Part shown: piece by piece, positions 49,591 to 58,582 of the stretch
Layout of the letters: each line of letters begins with the position of its first letter
Numbering within the stretch: the first letter of the stretch is position 1
Assembly (NCBI GenBank): GCA_002722525.1
Contig: PBMJ01000035.1
Location: 15 to 64,014, forward strand
Reading direction: 5' to 3'
Source of the DNA: Acidimicrobiaceae bacterium
GTDB taxonomy: Bacteria; Actinomycetota; Acidimicrobiia; Acidimicrobiales; UBA8592
Length of the DNA: 64,000 nucleotides
Program-made: the position numbers and the translations under genes
Notes under the pieces: generated by a model
What the model was told of the DNA's origin: nothing
Databases searched by the model: none
Seen by the model: the letters and a program-made list of their open reading frames with translations, nothing else

Positions 49591-51264
49591 AGTATTGGTA
49601 ACCATTTCACGCAGCTCTCTCTTAAGTATTTTTCCAGATGCATTTCTCGGTAAAGGATCAGTAAGTATTGTGATAATTTCCGGAATTTTGAACGAGGCAA
49701 TCTGACCTTGTAGCACAGTCGTTACTTGTTCAGCCGTTAAAGTTTCTCCTTGGCGAACCATGATATGGCAGGCGACTTTTTCACCTAGTCGCTCATCTGG
49801 AATCCCGTAGACGGAGCATTCGTACACTTCAGGTATTTCATATAGTGTTGCTTCGACTTCGGCACAATATATATTTTCTCCACCTCTTAGAACCATATCT
49901 TTTACGCGATCGCTAACGAAAACTCTTCCATCTTCATCTATGTGGCCGATGTCGCCCGATCTCAGCCATCCATCTACTATGGACTCTGCTGTTGCCTCAG
50001 GGCGATTCCAATATTCAGTTATTATTGTGGGCCCGTTGAACCATAATTCGCCCTTCTCCCCTGCACTAACAATTCTTCCATTTGAGTCCGTTACGCGTAA
50101 TTGCATGATTGGAACTGGTCTTCCCGTAGATGTTGGGTGATCAAGAAACTCTTTACCCGTATTTTGCGGGCCGTAAGCATTTGTCTCTGTCATTCCATAT
50201 CCTAAGCCAGGTTTACCTCGTTGGAAGTTTTCGTCTATCCGCTTCACAAGCTCTGGTGGCATTGGCGCTCCTCCACCACCGACAGACCGCAATGAGGATG
50301 TATCCCTTGAATTGAAGGTCTTAGCTTCAAGTAAATCCCAGCTCATTGTAGGAACCCCAATGAAATGTGTTACATCTTCATTCTGTATCAGTTCAAGAGC
50401 TCGATCAGGGTCCCATTTATGCATCATCACGAGTTTTGATTGACCAACGAAAGATCCAAGCATCACAGGAATTAGACCGGTTACATGAAATAACGGAACG
50501 CATAGCATGAACGAATTTCTTTCTGGTTTATCGTTGTCGTTCTTTTGAGGTTCTACCAGTTCTGCTACTTGTGCCCTGGCAGAGAATCCCAAGAGCGCGC
50601 TTAAGATAGCCCGATGTGAGCTCACTGCACCTTTGGGTGTTCCTGTCGTGCCAGAAGTGTACAAAATCGTGGCGTTCTCATCAGGATCTATCTGGACTTC
50701 TGGCATTGTAGATTCGGATTTTAGTAGAGCTTCAAGTGGGATATTTGAGTCGTTTCCTTTTTGGGTTGATCTTACATTGACGATTTTCAGGGACGATATG
50801 TCCGTATTGGATTCTAAAATTTTTTCAATTCGTTCGGTGTCTGCAAAAACAACTTTTGCTTCACTGTCGTTTAAAGCAAAACCTAGTTCCTCTGGCTCCC
50901 ACCATGCATTCAGAGGTACGGCAACAGCACCAATTGAAGTAATAGCAGCAAATGCTGCTATCCATTCAGGGTAGTTCCGCATGGCGATCGCAACTCTGTC
51001 ACCTTTTTCTATATCGAAATCGCTTGCCAGTGCAGATCCAATTTTGCCCGATAGCTCCAAGATCTCGGGCATAGTCCACCGTTCATCTTCGTAAATAACG
51101 AATTCATCTTCTCGATCTGCTGCCATCTGATAAAGAAACCTCATGTTGGGGGGCGTCCCCACGAACACCCTTGTATTGATTCCACGTATTTCAGTTTCAC
51201 TTATTTCAAATAGGCTGCCTGGAGCACAGACCTGTTTCACTGCTTCGACGAACGATAATGACAT
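49573..51264 (-). CDS. Long-chain acyl-CoA ligase (class I adenylate-forming enzyme)
   Basis: YTSGTTGTPKG, GYGMTET, SGDIG, RGGENIY, PRNASGKILK. Confidence 0.92.
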   Translation of the reverse strand: MSLSFVEAVKQVCAPGSLFEISETEIRGINTRVFVGTPPNMRFLYQMAADREDEFVIYEDERWTMPEILELSGKIGSALASDFDIEKGDRVAIAMRNYPEWIAAFAAITSIGAVAVPLNAWWEPEELGFALNDSEAKVVFADTERIEKILESNTDISSLKIVNVRSTQKGNDSNIPLEALLKSESTMPEVQIDPDENATILYTSGTTGTPKGAVSSHRAILSALLGFSARAQVAELVEPQKNDNDKPERNSFMLCVPLFHVTGLIPVMLGSFVGQSKLVMMHKWDPDRALELIQNEDVTHFIGVPTMSWDLLEAKTFNSRDTSSLRSVGGGGAPMPPELVKRIDENFQRGKPGLGYGMTETNAYGPQNTGKEFLDHPTSTGRPVPIMQLRVTDSNGRIVSAGEKGELWFNGPTIITEYWNRPEATAESIVDGWLRSGDIGHIDEDGRVFVSDRVKDMVLRGGENIYCAEVEATLYEIPEVYECSVYGIPDERLGEKVACHIMVRQGETLTAEQVTTVLQGQIASFKIPEIITILTDPLPRNASGKILKRELREMVTNTSATDI

Positions 51265-51320
51265 TAACGGTTTTTACCACTGAAATAGTCTCGGCGAAAC
51301 ACCAAGATCAAATTACTTTT

Positions 51321-52019
51321 TTAGGAGGATAATTGGAAGGAACTTCTGATTTCATAGGCAGTTTGTTGAGATGTTGTAAATAGTAGACCTTTCATACCAG
51401 CGTTTTCGGCCCCTTCAACATTAGCTACTAGGTCATCTATCATTAAGCAGCGACTGTTTTCAACACCTAGCTCTTGGCTAGTTAAATCGTATATCTCCTT
51501 ATCTGGTTTTCTCACTCCTACTTCTGATGAGTCCACAATGACGTCGAATAAGTCATAGATCGGGATGGTTTTTTCAATTACTGGCCTGAATTCTCGAACG
51601 GCGTTGGTTAGTAAAGCAAGGCGATATCCAGTCTTACGTAATTCTTCTGCTATCGATATCATCGCTGGGTCAGGTTCGTTCTCCGCTTCGGCAACCCACG
51701 GAAGGAAAAAGTCTAGATCAAATGTCGCTCCGTAAGGAGTTAGACGGTGTTGCATTTGTTTAGCGAAAGTAGAATCAAGCGGTTGTCGTCCACATTCGGC
51801 CTCATGCCAAGGGTTGTCCTGTTCAGATTGAGATTCACCAAATATTATCTTCGTAAATACATCTTTTGGGACCTTCATGGCATCAGCTAAAAGCTGGACT
51901 CTCCAGAGCGGAGAAAACGACATAACTCCACCGTAATCAAAGATCGCTGCTTCAAGAGGAAGTGCTGATTTGTCCTTGCTATTTGAGTCGTTCATGCCTG
52001 TATTGCCAATCGAAGTCAT
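51321..52019 (-). CDS. HAD-family phosphatase (ACAD10/epoxide-hydrolase N-domain-like)
   Basis: FDYGGV, LLTN, VDSSEVGVRKPD, IDD...NVEGA; start may be 51996. Confidence 0.85.
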   Translation of the reverse strand: MTSIGNTGMNDSNSKDKSALPLEAAIFDYGGVMSFSPLWRVQLLADAMKVPKDVFTKIIFGESQSEQDNPWHEAECGRQPLDSTFAKQMQHRLTPYGATFDLDFFLPWVAEAENEPDPAMISIAEELRKTGYRLALLTNAVREFRPVIEKTIPIYDLFDVIVDSSEVGVRKPDKEIYDLTSQELGVENSRCLMIDDLVANVEGAENAGMKGLLFTTSQQTAYEIRSSFQLSS

Positions 52020-52079
52020 TACTGTAGTTTCTCACCTTACACCGCATAATTCACCCTGCGTTGGCCTAGTCTTTAACCA

Positions 52080-54872
52080 ATGAATGATCGCACTGATACA
52101 CCTGAATACAGATACGACGCAACATTTGCTAACACGATCGAGGAGAAGTGGCAATCCCGTTGGGAACAAGATGGAACTTATTTTGCGCCTAATCCATCTG
52201 GGAAACTCGCAAATCAATCTAACCGTATTGAATATCCCAAGCTTTTTATAATGGATATGTTCCCGTATCCTTCAGGCTCAGGCCTACATGTTGGTCATCC
52301 TTTAGGATTTATTGGAACAGATGTTTTCGCAAGATATAAGCGAATGACTGGATACAACGTGCTTCATACGATGGGATACGATGCTTTCGGTCTACCAGCT
52401 GAGGAACACGCGAGACAGACTGGCCAACATCCTCGTGATAACACCAATGCAAATATTTTGAATATGAGGCATCAACTTCGTCGTCTTGGGCTAGGTCATG
52501 ATAGTCGGCGCTCAATTTCAACAACTGACCTTGAGTTCTACAAATGGACACAGTGGATATTTTTGCAACTGTTTAACTCGTGGTATGACCCTACAGTCGA
52601 TAAAGCAAGGCCCATTTCGGACCTTGAATCTCTTCTTTCGAATGGAGAGATCAAATTAGAGAATGGATCCGATTGGGATTCATTGACCGAATATCAGCAA
52701 AGAGAAACAGTTAACTCATATCGCTTAGCCTATTTGGCTGAAGCTCCAGTTAACTGGTGCCCAGCACTTGGAACTGTATTAGCTAATGAGGAAGTTACTG
52801 CTGAAGGCAGGAGCGAGCGTGGCAACCACCCAGTTTTCCGTCGACCCCTCAAACAATGGATGATGCGAATCACTGCCTATGCCGACAGACTCTTGCAAGA
52901 TCTTGAAATCCTTGACTGGAGCGAGGCAATAAAGACAATGCAAAGGAATTGGATTGGCAAAAGTGAAGGTGCTGAGATCACTTTCAAAACAAAAGAATCG
53001 GAATTCAAAGTCTTCACGACTAGGCCCGACACTTTGTTTGGGGCCACCTATATGGTTTTAGCGCCGGAACATCCACTTATGAAAGAAATCGTAGCTGACA
53101 TTTGGCCTGACAACACGCCGGAAAAATGGACAAACGGGATCCCTACACCATTAGAAGCAGTTCGAAATTACCAAAAAATTGCATCCCAGAAATCTGATCT
53201 AGATAGGCAAGAAAGCAAAACTAAAACGGGAGTGTTTGTTGGGGAATTCGCAACAGTACCTGTAACTGGCAAGAGAATACCTATCTTTATTTCTGATTAT
53301 GTGCTGATGGGATATGGAACAGGGGCAATAATGGCAGTGCCCGGCCAGGACGAGCGCGACTGGGAGTTTGCCAAGGAATACGACTTGCAGATCATTCGCA
53401 CTGTCCAGCCTCCTGAAGGTTGGGACGGTGATGCATTCACGGGAGACGGTCCTGCAATCAATAGCGAATTTCTGGATGGGCTGAATATCACGGATGCTAA
53501 AGAGAGAATGATTGAATGGTTAGAAGAAACTAAGAACGGCACTAGGAACACAACATATAAACTCAGAGATTGGTTGTTTAGTAGGCAAAGATATTGGGGT
53601 GAACCGTTCCCCATCGTTTACGACGACGAAGATTTACCTGTTGCTGTGCCGGAAGATTATCTTCCAGTCGAATTGCCCGACCTTATGGACTGGGCTCCAA
53701 GAAGTTTGGATGAGACAAGCGATCCTGAACCTCCGTTAGGTCGAGCCTCAGATTGGGTATATGCAGAGCTAAACATCGGTGATGGTATGAAGACTTACAA
53801 ACGTGAGTTAAATACAATGCCACAATGGGCTGGTTCATGTTGGTATTACTTGCGGTATCTAGATCCCACCAATGATGAACAGTTCGTCTCTAAGGACGTT
53901 GAGGATTACTGGATGAATGGAGAAACTGGCGGCGTCGACCTATACGTTGGAGGCGTCGAACACGCCGTATTGCATCTCCTGTATAGTCGGTTTTGGCATA
54001 AAGCTCTCTTTGACCTTGGTCATGTAAGTACGCCAGAACCTTTTCATCGCTTATATAACCAGGGCTACATTCAAGCTGCTGCTTACCAAGATTCGAGAGG
54101 GATCTTTGTAGAAGCTTCAGAAGTTGTAGAAGAGAATGAAGAATTTAAATACCAGAATGAAGTTGTGACCCGTTCTTTTGGGAAAATGGGAAAGTCGCTT
54201 AAAAATTCAGTCACTCCAGATGAGATGTACGATCAGTTTGGCGCTGACACGCTTAGATTGTATGAAATGTTTATGGGTCCACTTGATCAAGATCGCCCAT
54301 GGGAGACAAAATCGGTTGTTGGGTCTTTGAGGCTTCTCCAACGAGTATGGAGAAATTTGGTTGACGAACAAACTGGAATCCTTCAAGTCACTGATAGAGA
54401 ACCCTCTCTAGAACTCAAACGAATCCTTCACAAAACTATCCAGTCGGTAAGGGAAGATATGGAGAATCTTCGTTTCAATACCGCCATTGCTCGAATAACT
54501 GAACTCAATAATGAGATAACAAAAACTGATACGGAAACACCTCGAGAGGTCGCAGAGGTCTTAATCCACTTAATTGCACCTCTTGTCCCTCATATCGCTG
54601 AGGAACTATGGGAGATGCTTGGAAATGACTCTAGTATTGTTTACTCCCCTTTCCCTGTTCCGGATCCTACTTATTTGGTAAGCGAAACAGTTGAAATACC
54701 TATTCAGATAAATGGGAAACTTAAAAGTAAAATTACTGTATCAGCTGATTGTTCTTCTACAGATTTGCGGGAGGCTGCACTAGCCGATGAGAAGATAGCC
54801 TCGATGGTTTCGGAGAAAGAAATCAGGAAAGAAATCATCGTAGATGGGAAGTTAGTCAACTTTGTCATTTAG
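52080..54872 (+). CDS. leuS: Leucine--tRNA ligase
   Basis: MFPYPSG.GLHVGH, VFTTRPDT, GYGTGAIMAVP, DWLFSRQRYWGEP, KMGKS. Confidence 0.97.
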   Translation: MNDRTDTPEYRYDATFANTIEEKWQSRWEQDGTYFAPNPSGKLANQSNRIEYPKLFIMDMFPYPSGSGLHVGHPLGFIGTDVFARYKRMTGYNVLHTMGYDAFGLPAEEHARQTGQHPRDNTNANILNMRHQLRRLGLGHDSRRSISTTDLEFYKWTQWIFLQLFNSWYDPTVDKARPISDLESLLSNGEIKLENGSDWDSLTEYQQRETVNSYRLAYLAEAPVNWCPALGTVLANEEVTAEGRSERGNHPVFRRPLKQWMMRITAYADRLLQDLEILDWSEAIKTMQRNWIGKSEGAEITFKTKESEFKVFTTRPDTLFGATYMVLAPEHPLMKEIVADIWPDNTPEKWTNGIPTPLEAVRNYQKIASQKSDLDRQESKTKTGVFVGEFATVPVTGKRIPIFISDYVLMGYGTGAIMAVPGQDERDWEFAKEYDLQIIRTVQPPEGWDGDAFTGDGPAINSEFLDGLNITDAKERMIEWLEETKNGTRNTTYKLRDWLFSRQRYWGEPFPIVYDDEDLPVAVPEDYLPVELPDLMDWAPRSLDETSDPEPPLGRASDWVYAELNIGDGMKTYKRELNTMPQWAGSCWYYLRYLDPTNDEQFVSKDVEDYWMNGETGGVDLYVGGVEHAVLHLLYSRFWHKALFDLGHVSTPEPFHRLYNQGYIQAAAYQDSRGIFVEASEVVEENEEFKYQNEVVTRSFGKMGKSLKNSVTPDEMYDQFGADTLRLYEMFMGPLDQDRPWETKSVVGSLRLLQRVWRNLVDEQTGILQVTDREPSLELKRILHKTIQSVREDMENLRFNTAIARITELNNEITKTDTETPREVAEVLIHLIAPLVPHIAEELWEMLGNDSSIVYSPFPVPDPTYLVSETVEIPIQINGKLKSKITVSADCSSTDLREAALADEKIASMVSEKEIRKEIIVDGKLVNFVI

Positions 54873-54904
54873 ACTCTGATTGAATAAGCAATAGGATGAC
54901 CCTG

Positions 54905-55771
54905 ATGTCAAGCAATTACAAATCTGGACTAGCATGGCCGAATGAAGAGACTGGGCGACTATTCCGAGATCTCTATGGGACACTCTGGTGCGGTGGATCA
55001 CTATCTCATGAACTGAAAGAAGCTGTGCGAGTTCGTAATGCTCGAATAACTGATTGTGGATACTGAAAAAACGTACGGTTCTCCCTAGCTCGTGAAGCTG
55101 GGTTCGATGAAAGTCAAGTGGAGTTAATTGATGGAAATTGGAAGGATTCCCTTCTATCGAAAGATATCGTTGCCGCCCTCAAGTTCACTGATCATTTTAT
55201 TCTTACTCCTGGCCCAATCTCTGATGAAACTAGGTCTTTGCTTTTATCATCCTTCACTCAGAACGAGATAGCTGAATTATCTATTGGGGTTGCTCTATTC
55301 CATGGGTTTTCTAAGATGCTGATCGCCTTAGGAAGAGAGCCGGAAGAAATGGATACTACGATTGTTCCAACGCCACAGTTACCAGATTCTGCTGTTTCAA
55401 GCGCTAATTTTTCTAGTGATTTCTCTCACCTCTTTACTCACATTCCTGATATTGGAATGAGATGGGAAATTTTAGAAGGCGCTTTACTCTCGATTGGTGA
55501 CGTACCCGATAGTGCTTTGTCTTTGCTAAAGCATAGGATGTCCGAGCTTCTCGGAGTTAATTATTTAGTGAGTGATCAAGAGATTACCCCCATCGAAAAT
55601 AGTGAATTACTTCGAGATGTCTCTGAGAACTTCGTATTTGATATAAGGTCAATCTCTTCTGACACGAGAAGAGAGATAAGCGAGATTTATAGTTCGGAGG
55701 GATTGCTTCAATTGATGTTTGCCATGGCGCTATATGATGGCATTCTGAGAATGGAAGCAACCAAGCTCTAA
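54905..55771 (+). CDS. Putative selenoprotein: AhpD/carboxymuconolactone-decarboxylase-like protein with CxxU motif and a second AhpD-like domain
   Basis: ATG 54905 (or 54896) reads ...LKEAVRVRNARITDCGY-TGA(55064-66)-KNVRFSLAREAG... in frame with the 55118-55771 ORF; hairpin downstream of the UGA. Confidence 0.85.
55079..55111 (+). promoter_or_regulatory. Bacterial SECIS-like hairpin
   Basis: Upper stem CCUAGCU (55084-90)/AGCUGGG (55096-102), loop CGUGA with G at position 2, loop 24 nt after the UGA; possible lower stem UUCUC/GAUGAA. Confidence 0.7.
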
Positions 55772-56451
55772 CTAGGGTTAACCTCATAAAAGACACAGAA
55801 CATCTCACTGTTGCCTGCATATACTGCTTCCAGATCGTTCGGGCATTCTTCTCCGGCTGGAACTATACGATAGATTGTTGCATCAAAGTCCCCACTCACG
55901 CATGGAACCCTTATACCTTGTGAGCCAGTCCCATTGTTCATACAGCCAAGGACTGGGTCTGTCGGTCTGACAACCGGAACTGACCTATTCGAATCATCGT
56001 TATTGCCAATACCTAGCGATGCAATTACAGCTACAACTATTACTCCCACAAGTATCAATGCAAGAGGGATAGGCCTAACTATTTTTGCGAACCATGTGAT
56101 TTCCATTTCTTCTCTAGTTGCAAAGCGAGGTGTTGCTTTTTTTGGTGTGGATTCAGCAGTCCACTCTTGATAAGAGGTTCGATTGCTGGATTGGTAACTT
56201 CTGTTATTTGATTTTTCGCTTATAAGTTTTAAGTCATATTTAGAGCGCTTTTCTCTGTTTGATAATGTCGACCAAGCCTGATTAAGTTCGCGCATTAATT
56301 CTTCTGATCGTGCTTGATCTCGTTTCGATGCGCTCCGGAAATTATCTGGATGAAGTTTTCTAGCTTTAGCTAGATACGCTGCCCGAATTTCTTTTGGTTT
56401 AGCAGTCTCAGGTACTCCAAGCATTTGGTAAAAAGTTTGTCTTTCACCCAT
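55768..56451 (-). CDS. Membrane-anchored J-domain protein
   Basis: FYQMLGV...IRAAY...ARKLHPD...LNQAW..LS...KR..YD; TM helix; Cys-containing C-terminal domain. Confidence 0.88.
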   Translation of the reverse strand: MGERQTFYQMLGVPETAKPKEIRAAYLAKARKLHPDNFRSASKRDQARSEELMRELNQAWSTLSNREKRSKYDLKLISEKSNNRSYQSSNRTSYQEWTAESTPKKATPRFATREEMEITWFAKIVRPIPLALILVGVIVVAVIASLGIGNNDDSNRSVPVVRPTDPVLGCMNNGTGSQGIRVPCVSGDFDATIYRIVPAGEECPNDLEAVYAGNSEMFCVFYEVNPS

Positions 56452-56526
56452 TCCAATTCCTCCAATATGATCCTAACCGATTGAATTTTTATTGAATACT
56501 TGTAGATCACTGAATAATATTTGATC

Positions 56527-56844
56527 GTGGGACTACTTATCGCTTGCCCTAGGTGTGGTGAATCTGATCACCTAGTTGGGAAAACAATTGACAATGAAAT
56601 TTCTGTCCATTGCGAATCATGTGGCTTGACATGGTTACGCGATCTTCAACCGTATTGCGATAGATGCGGGTCTAAGGAAGTGAGGCCAGCGTATGAAGCT
56701 GTTGTAGCCAAATCTCGCGGATCCCAACTTTCTATGCAAAGCGCAAAGTTAATATATTTATGCGAGCACTGTGATGCAGTAAAGCTTTCTCAGTATCAAA
56801 AAACAAATTCGCCGTTGATGCCCGCCCAACTACCTACGGAATAG
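56527..56844 (+). CDS. Small double zinc-ribbon protein
   Basis: Four CxxC motifs (CPRC, CESC, CDRC, CEHC); TAATAT-N6-GTG supports start 56527. Confidence 0.75.
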   Translation: MGLLIACPRCGESDHLVGKTIDNEISVHCESCGLTWLRDLQPYCDRCGSKEVRPAYEAVVAKSRGSQLSMQSAKLIYLCEHCDAVKLSQYQKTNSPLMPAQLPTE

Positions 56845-56850
56845 TAAGAG

Positions 56851-58164
56851 TTATTTTGAAAATTTTTGAGCAAGAGTTTCAAGTCCTGTAACTCGAGAAC
56901 CTTTTAACAATAGTGCAGTATTCTCTGGCTCTTGAATTTTGTCTTCTACGGTCCGGTATGCCTCATCAAAACTAGAAACAAGCTCACCTCCGTATTCCTT
57001 AACATTTAGTGAAATAACATGAACATCATTGGATCTGGCTATTTCTCCTATTTCTTTATGGCAACTTATATGGTCATCACCGAGTTCGGCCATGACTCCA
57101 AGAACAGCTATGAGGTTTTTCCGACCGGTTGAAACCAAAGAGCTTAATGCCGCTTTCATAGATAGGGGGTTTGCATTATATGCATCATTAATCATTAATA
57201 TCCCGTTAGGCGTTTCGGATATTTCCATACGAAGTGGTGATATTTCCACTGACTCTAATCCAGTAGCAACGGTTGAAATTGGAGCTCCAGCATGCATAGC
57301 AACGGCTGCTGCAGCCAGAGCATTAGTCACGTTATGTTTCCCTGGAGCATTAAGTTGAATTTCTAAACTACCCCAAGGTGAGCGCAGGTCGAAACTTGCT
57401 TTTAGGCTGGGATTTAACATGATATTTTCAGCTACTACGTCTCCACCTTCCATGCCATAGAGAAGGATTTCTGCCGAGGTCCTAGAACCTAGTTGTCGAA
57501 CGTTAAGGTCGTCATAATTTAAAACTGCTAAGGAATCTCTATCCAGTGATTCCACGAGCTCGCCTTTAGCGTTGATTGTGTTTGCAATGCCACCGAAAAA
57601 TTCGCTGTGCGCATTACCGATACATGTAACGACACCTACTTTTGGATTCGCTATCTGACAGAGTTTTTTGATATGCCCAACTCCCCTTGCTCCCATTTCC
57701 AAAATTAGATACTCAGTTTCAGGCGGCGAAGAAAGGATTGTGAGTGGTACGCCAATTTCATTATTGAATGAGCGTTCGCTTGCCCACACTTCAAAGGAAG
57801 GATTTAGGCATTCACGGATCATATCTTTCGTTGTGGTTTTTCCTACTGATCCAGTGATACCGATTCCAATTGGATCTAATTTCCTAATGACTTCGTTAGC
57901 CAAGGTGTGAAGAGCTTCTATAGTGCTGTTTACTTTGATTCCATTTTTTTGAGCTGTTCCGTGACTATATAAATGGCCAACTGCCCCAGATGATATTGCA
58001 TCTTGAATAAAATCATGTCCATCTCTTTCAGCGATTAGTGGAATAAACAAGTCGCCTTTTACAGTTGTTCGTGAATCCGTTGAATAGCCAGTTACTAGGC
58101 CAGATAGATTTGTAGCGTTTCGATCACCGAAAATTGAAGCGATTTTACCTAGGTCTATATCCAA
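56851..58164 (-). CDS. murF: UDP-N-acetylmuramoyl-tripeptide--D-Ala-D-Ala ligase
   Basis: STDSR, RDGHDF, GITGSVGKTTTKD, SFNNEIGVP, NDAYNANP.SM, LKGSR. Confidence 0.95.
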   Translation of the reverse strand: MDIDLGKIASIFGDRNATNLSGLVTGYSTDSRTTVKGDLFIPLIAERDGHDFIQDAISSGAVGHLYSHGTAQKNGIKVNSTIEALHTLANEVIRKLDPIGIGITGSVGKTTTKDMIRECLNPSFEVWASERSFNNEIGVPLTILSSPPETEYLILEMGARGVGHIKKLCQIANPKVGVVTCIGNAHSEFFGGIANTINAKGELVESLDRDSLAVLNYDDLNVRQLGSRTSAEILLYGMEGGDVVAENIMLNPSLKASFDLRSPWGSLEIQLNAPGKHNVTNALAAAAVAMHAGAPISTVATGLESVEISPLRMEISETPNGILMINDAYNANPLSMKAALSSLVSTGRKNLIAVLGVMAELGDDHISCHKEIGEIARSNDVHVISLNVKEYGGELVSSFDEAYRTVEDKIQEPENTALLLKGSRVTGLETLAQKFSK

Positions 58165-58261
58165 ACTGTCACCTCCCGTTTTAAACCATAGCTAATCGAG
58201 GGTTTAAATAACTTAGATTATGTGAGAATATTGTATTACTTCGAGCAGAGTCAGAGAAAGA

Positions 58262-58582
58262 ATGGCAAATAAAGACGATAACCGCCACAATAATCCATCC
58301 GGGAATTGGGAACCTGATCCCTATCATCGCCATGACCAGCGATGGTGGAGCGGGAGTAGATGGAGCCAGAAGGTCAAGTCAGATAGTGAAATTCAGATAG
58401 ACCCGCCGGGTGTGGTACCTAGACCAGTTGACCAATCATCTCTTGGTAAACCAGTTGATCCGATTACTGGTGTACGGAATCCACTTAGAAAAGTTTCTCC
58501 GTATGTCCCTCACCTTCTGATATTAGGGTTTCTTCTGCTAGCAGGGACATGCATATTAGCTGTCTTTGCTGTTTTTGGTTAA
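58262..58582 (+). CDS. DUF2510-like protein with C-terminal TM anchor
   Basis: GNWEPDP...HDQRWWSGSRWS motif; C-terminal hydrophobic helix. Confidence 0.75.
   Translation: MANKDDNRHNNPSGNWEPDPYHRHDQRWWSGSRWSQKVKSDSEIQIDPPGVVPRPVDQSSLGKPVDPITGVRNPLRKVSPYVPHLLILGFLLLAGTCILAVFAVFG

Noticed and set aside
55064-55066. UGA as evidence of a reassigned genetic code (Trp/Gly) or of a pseudogene
   Set aside because: TGA terminates many intact genes in the window (tatC, thiB, mtr, menB) and Trp uses TGG. The stop falls exactly on a CxxC cysteine with a SECIS-like hairpin and no other lesions, which favours Sec.
55118-55771. ORF-track 217-aa protein starting at GTG 55118
   Set aside because: No SD or -10 at that GTG; it is the post-UGA portion of the longer read-through gene.
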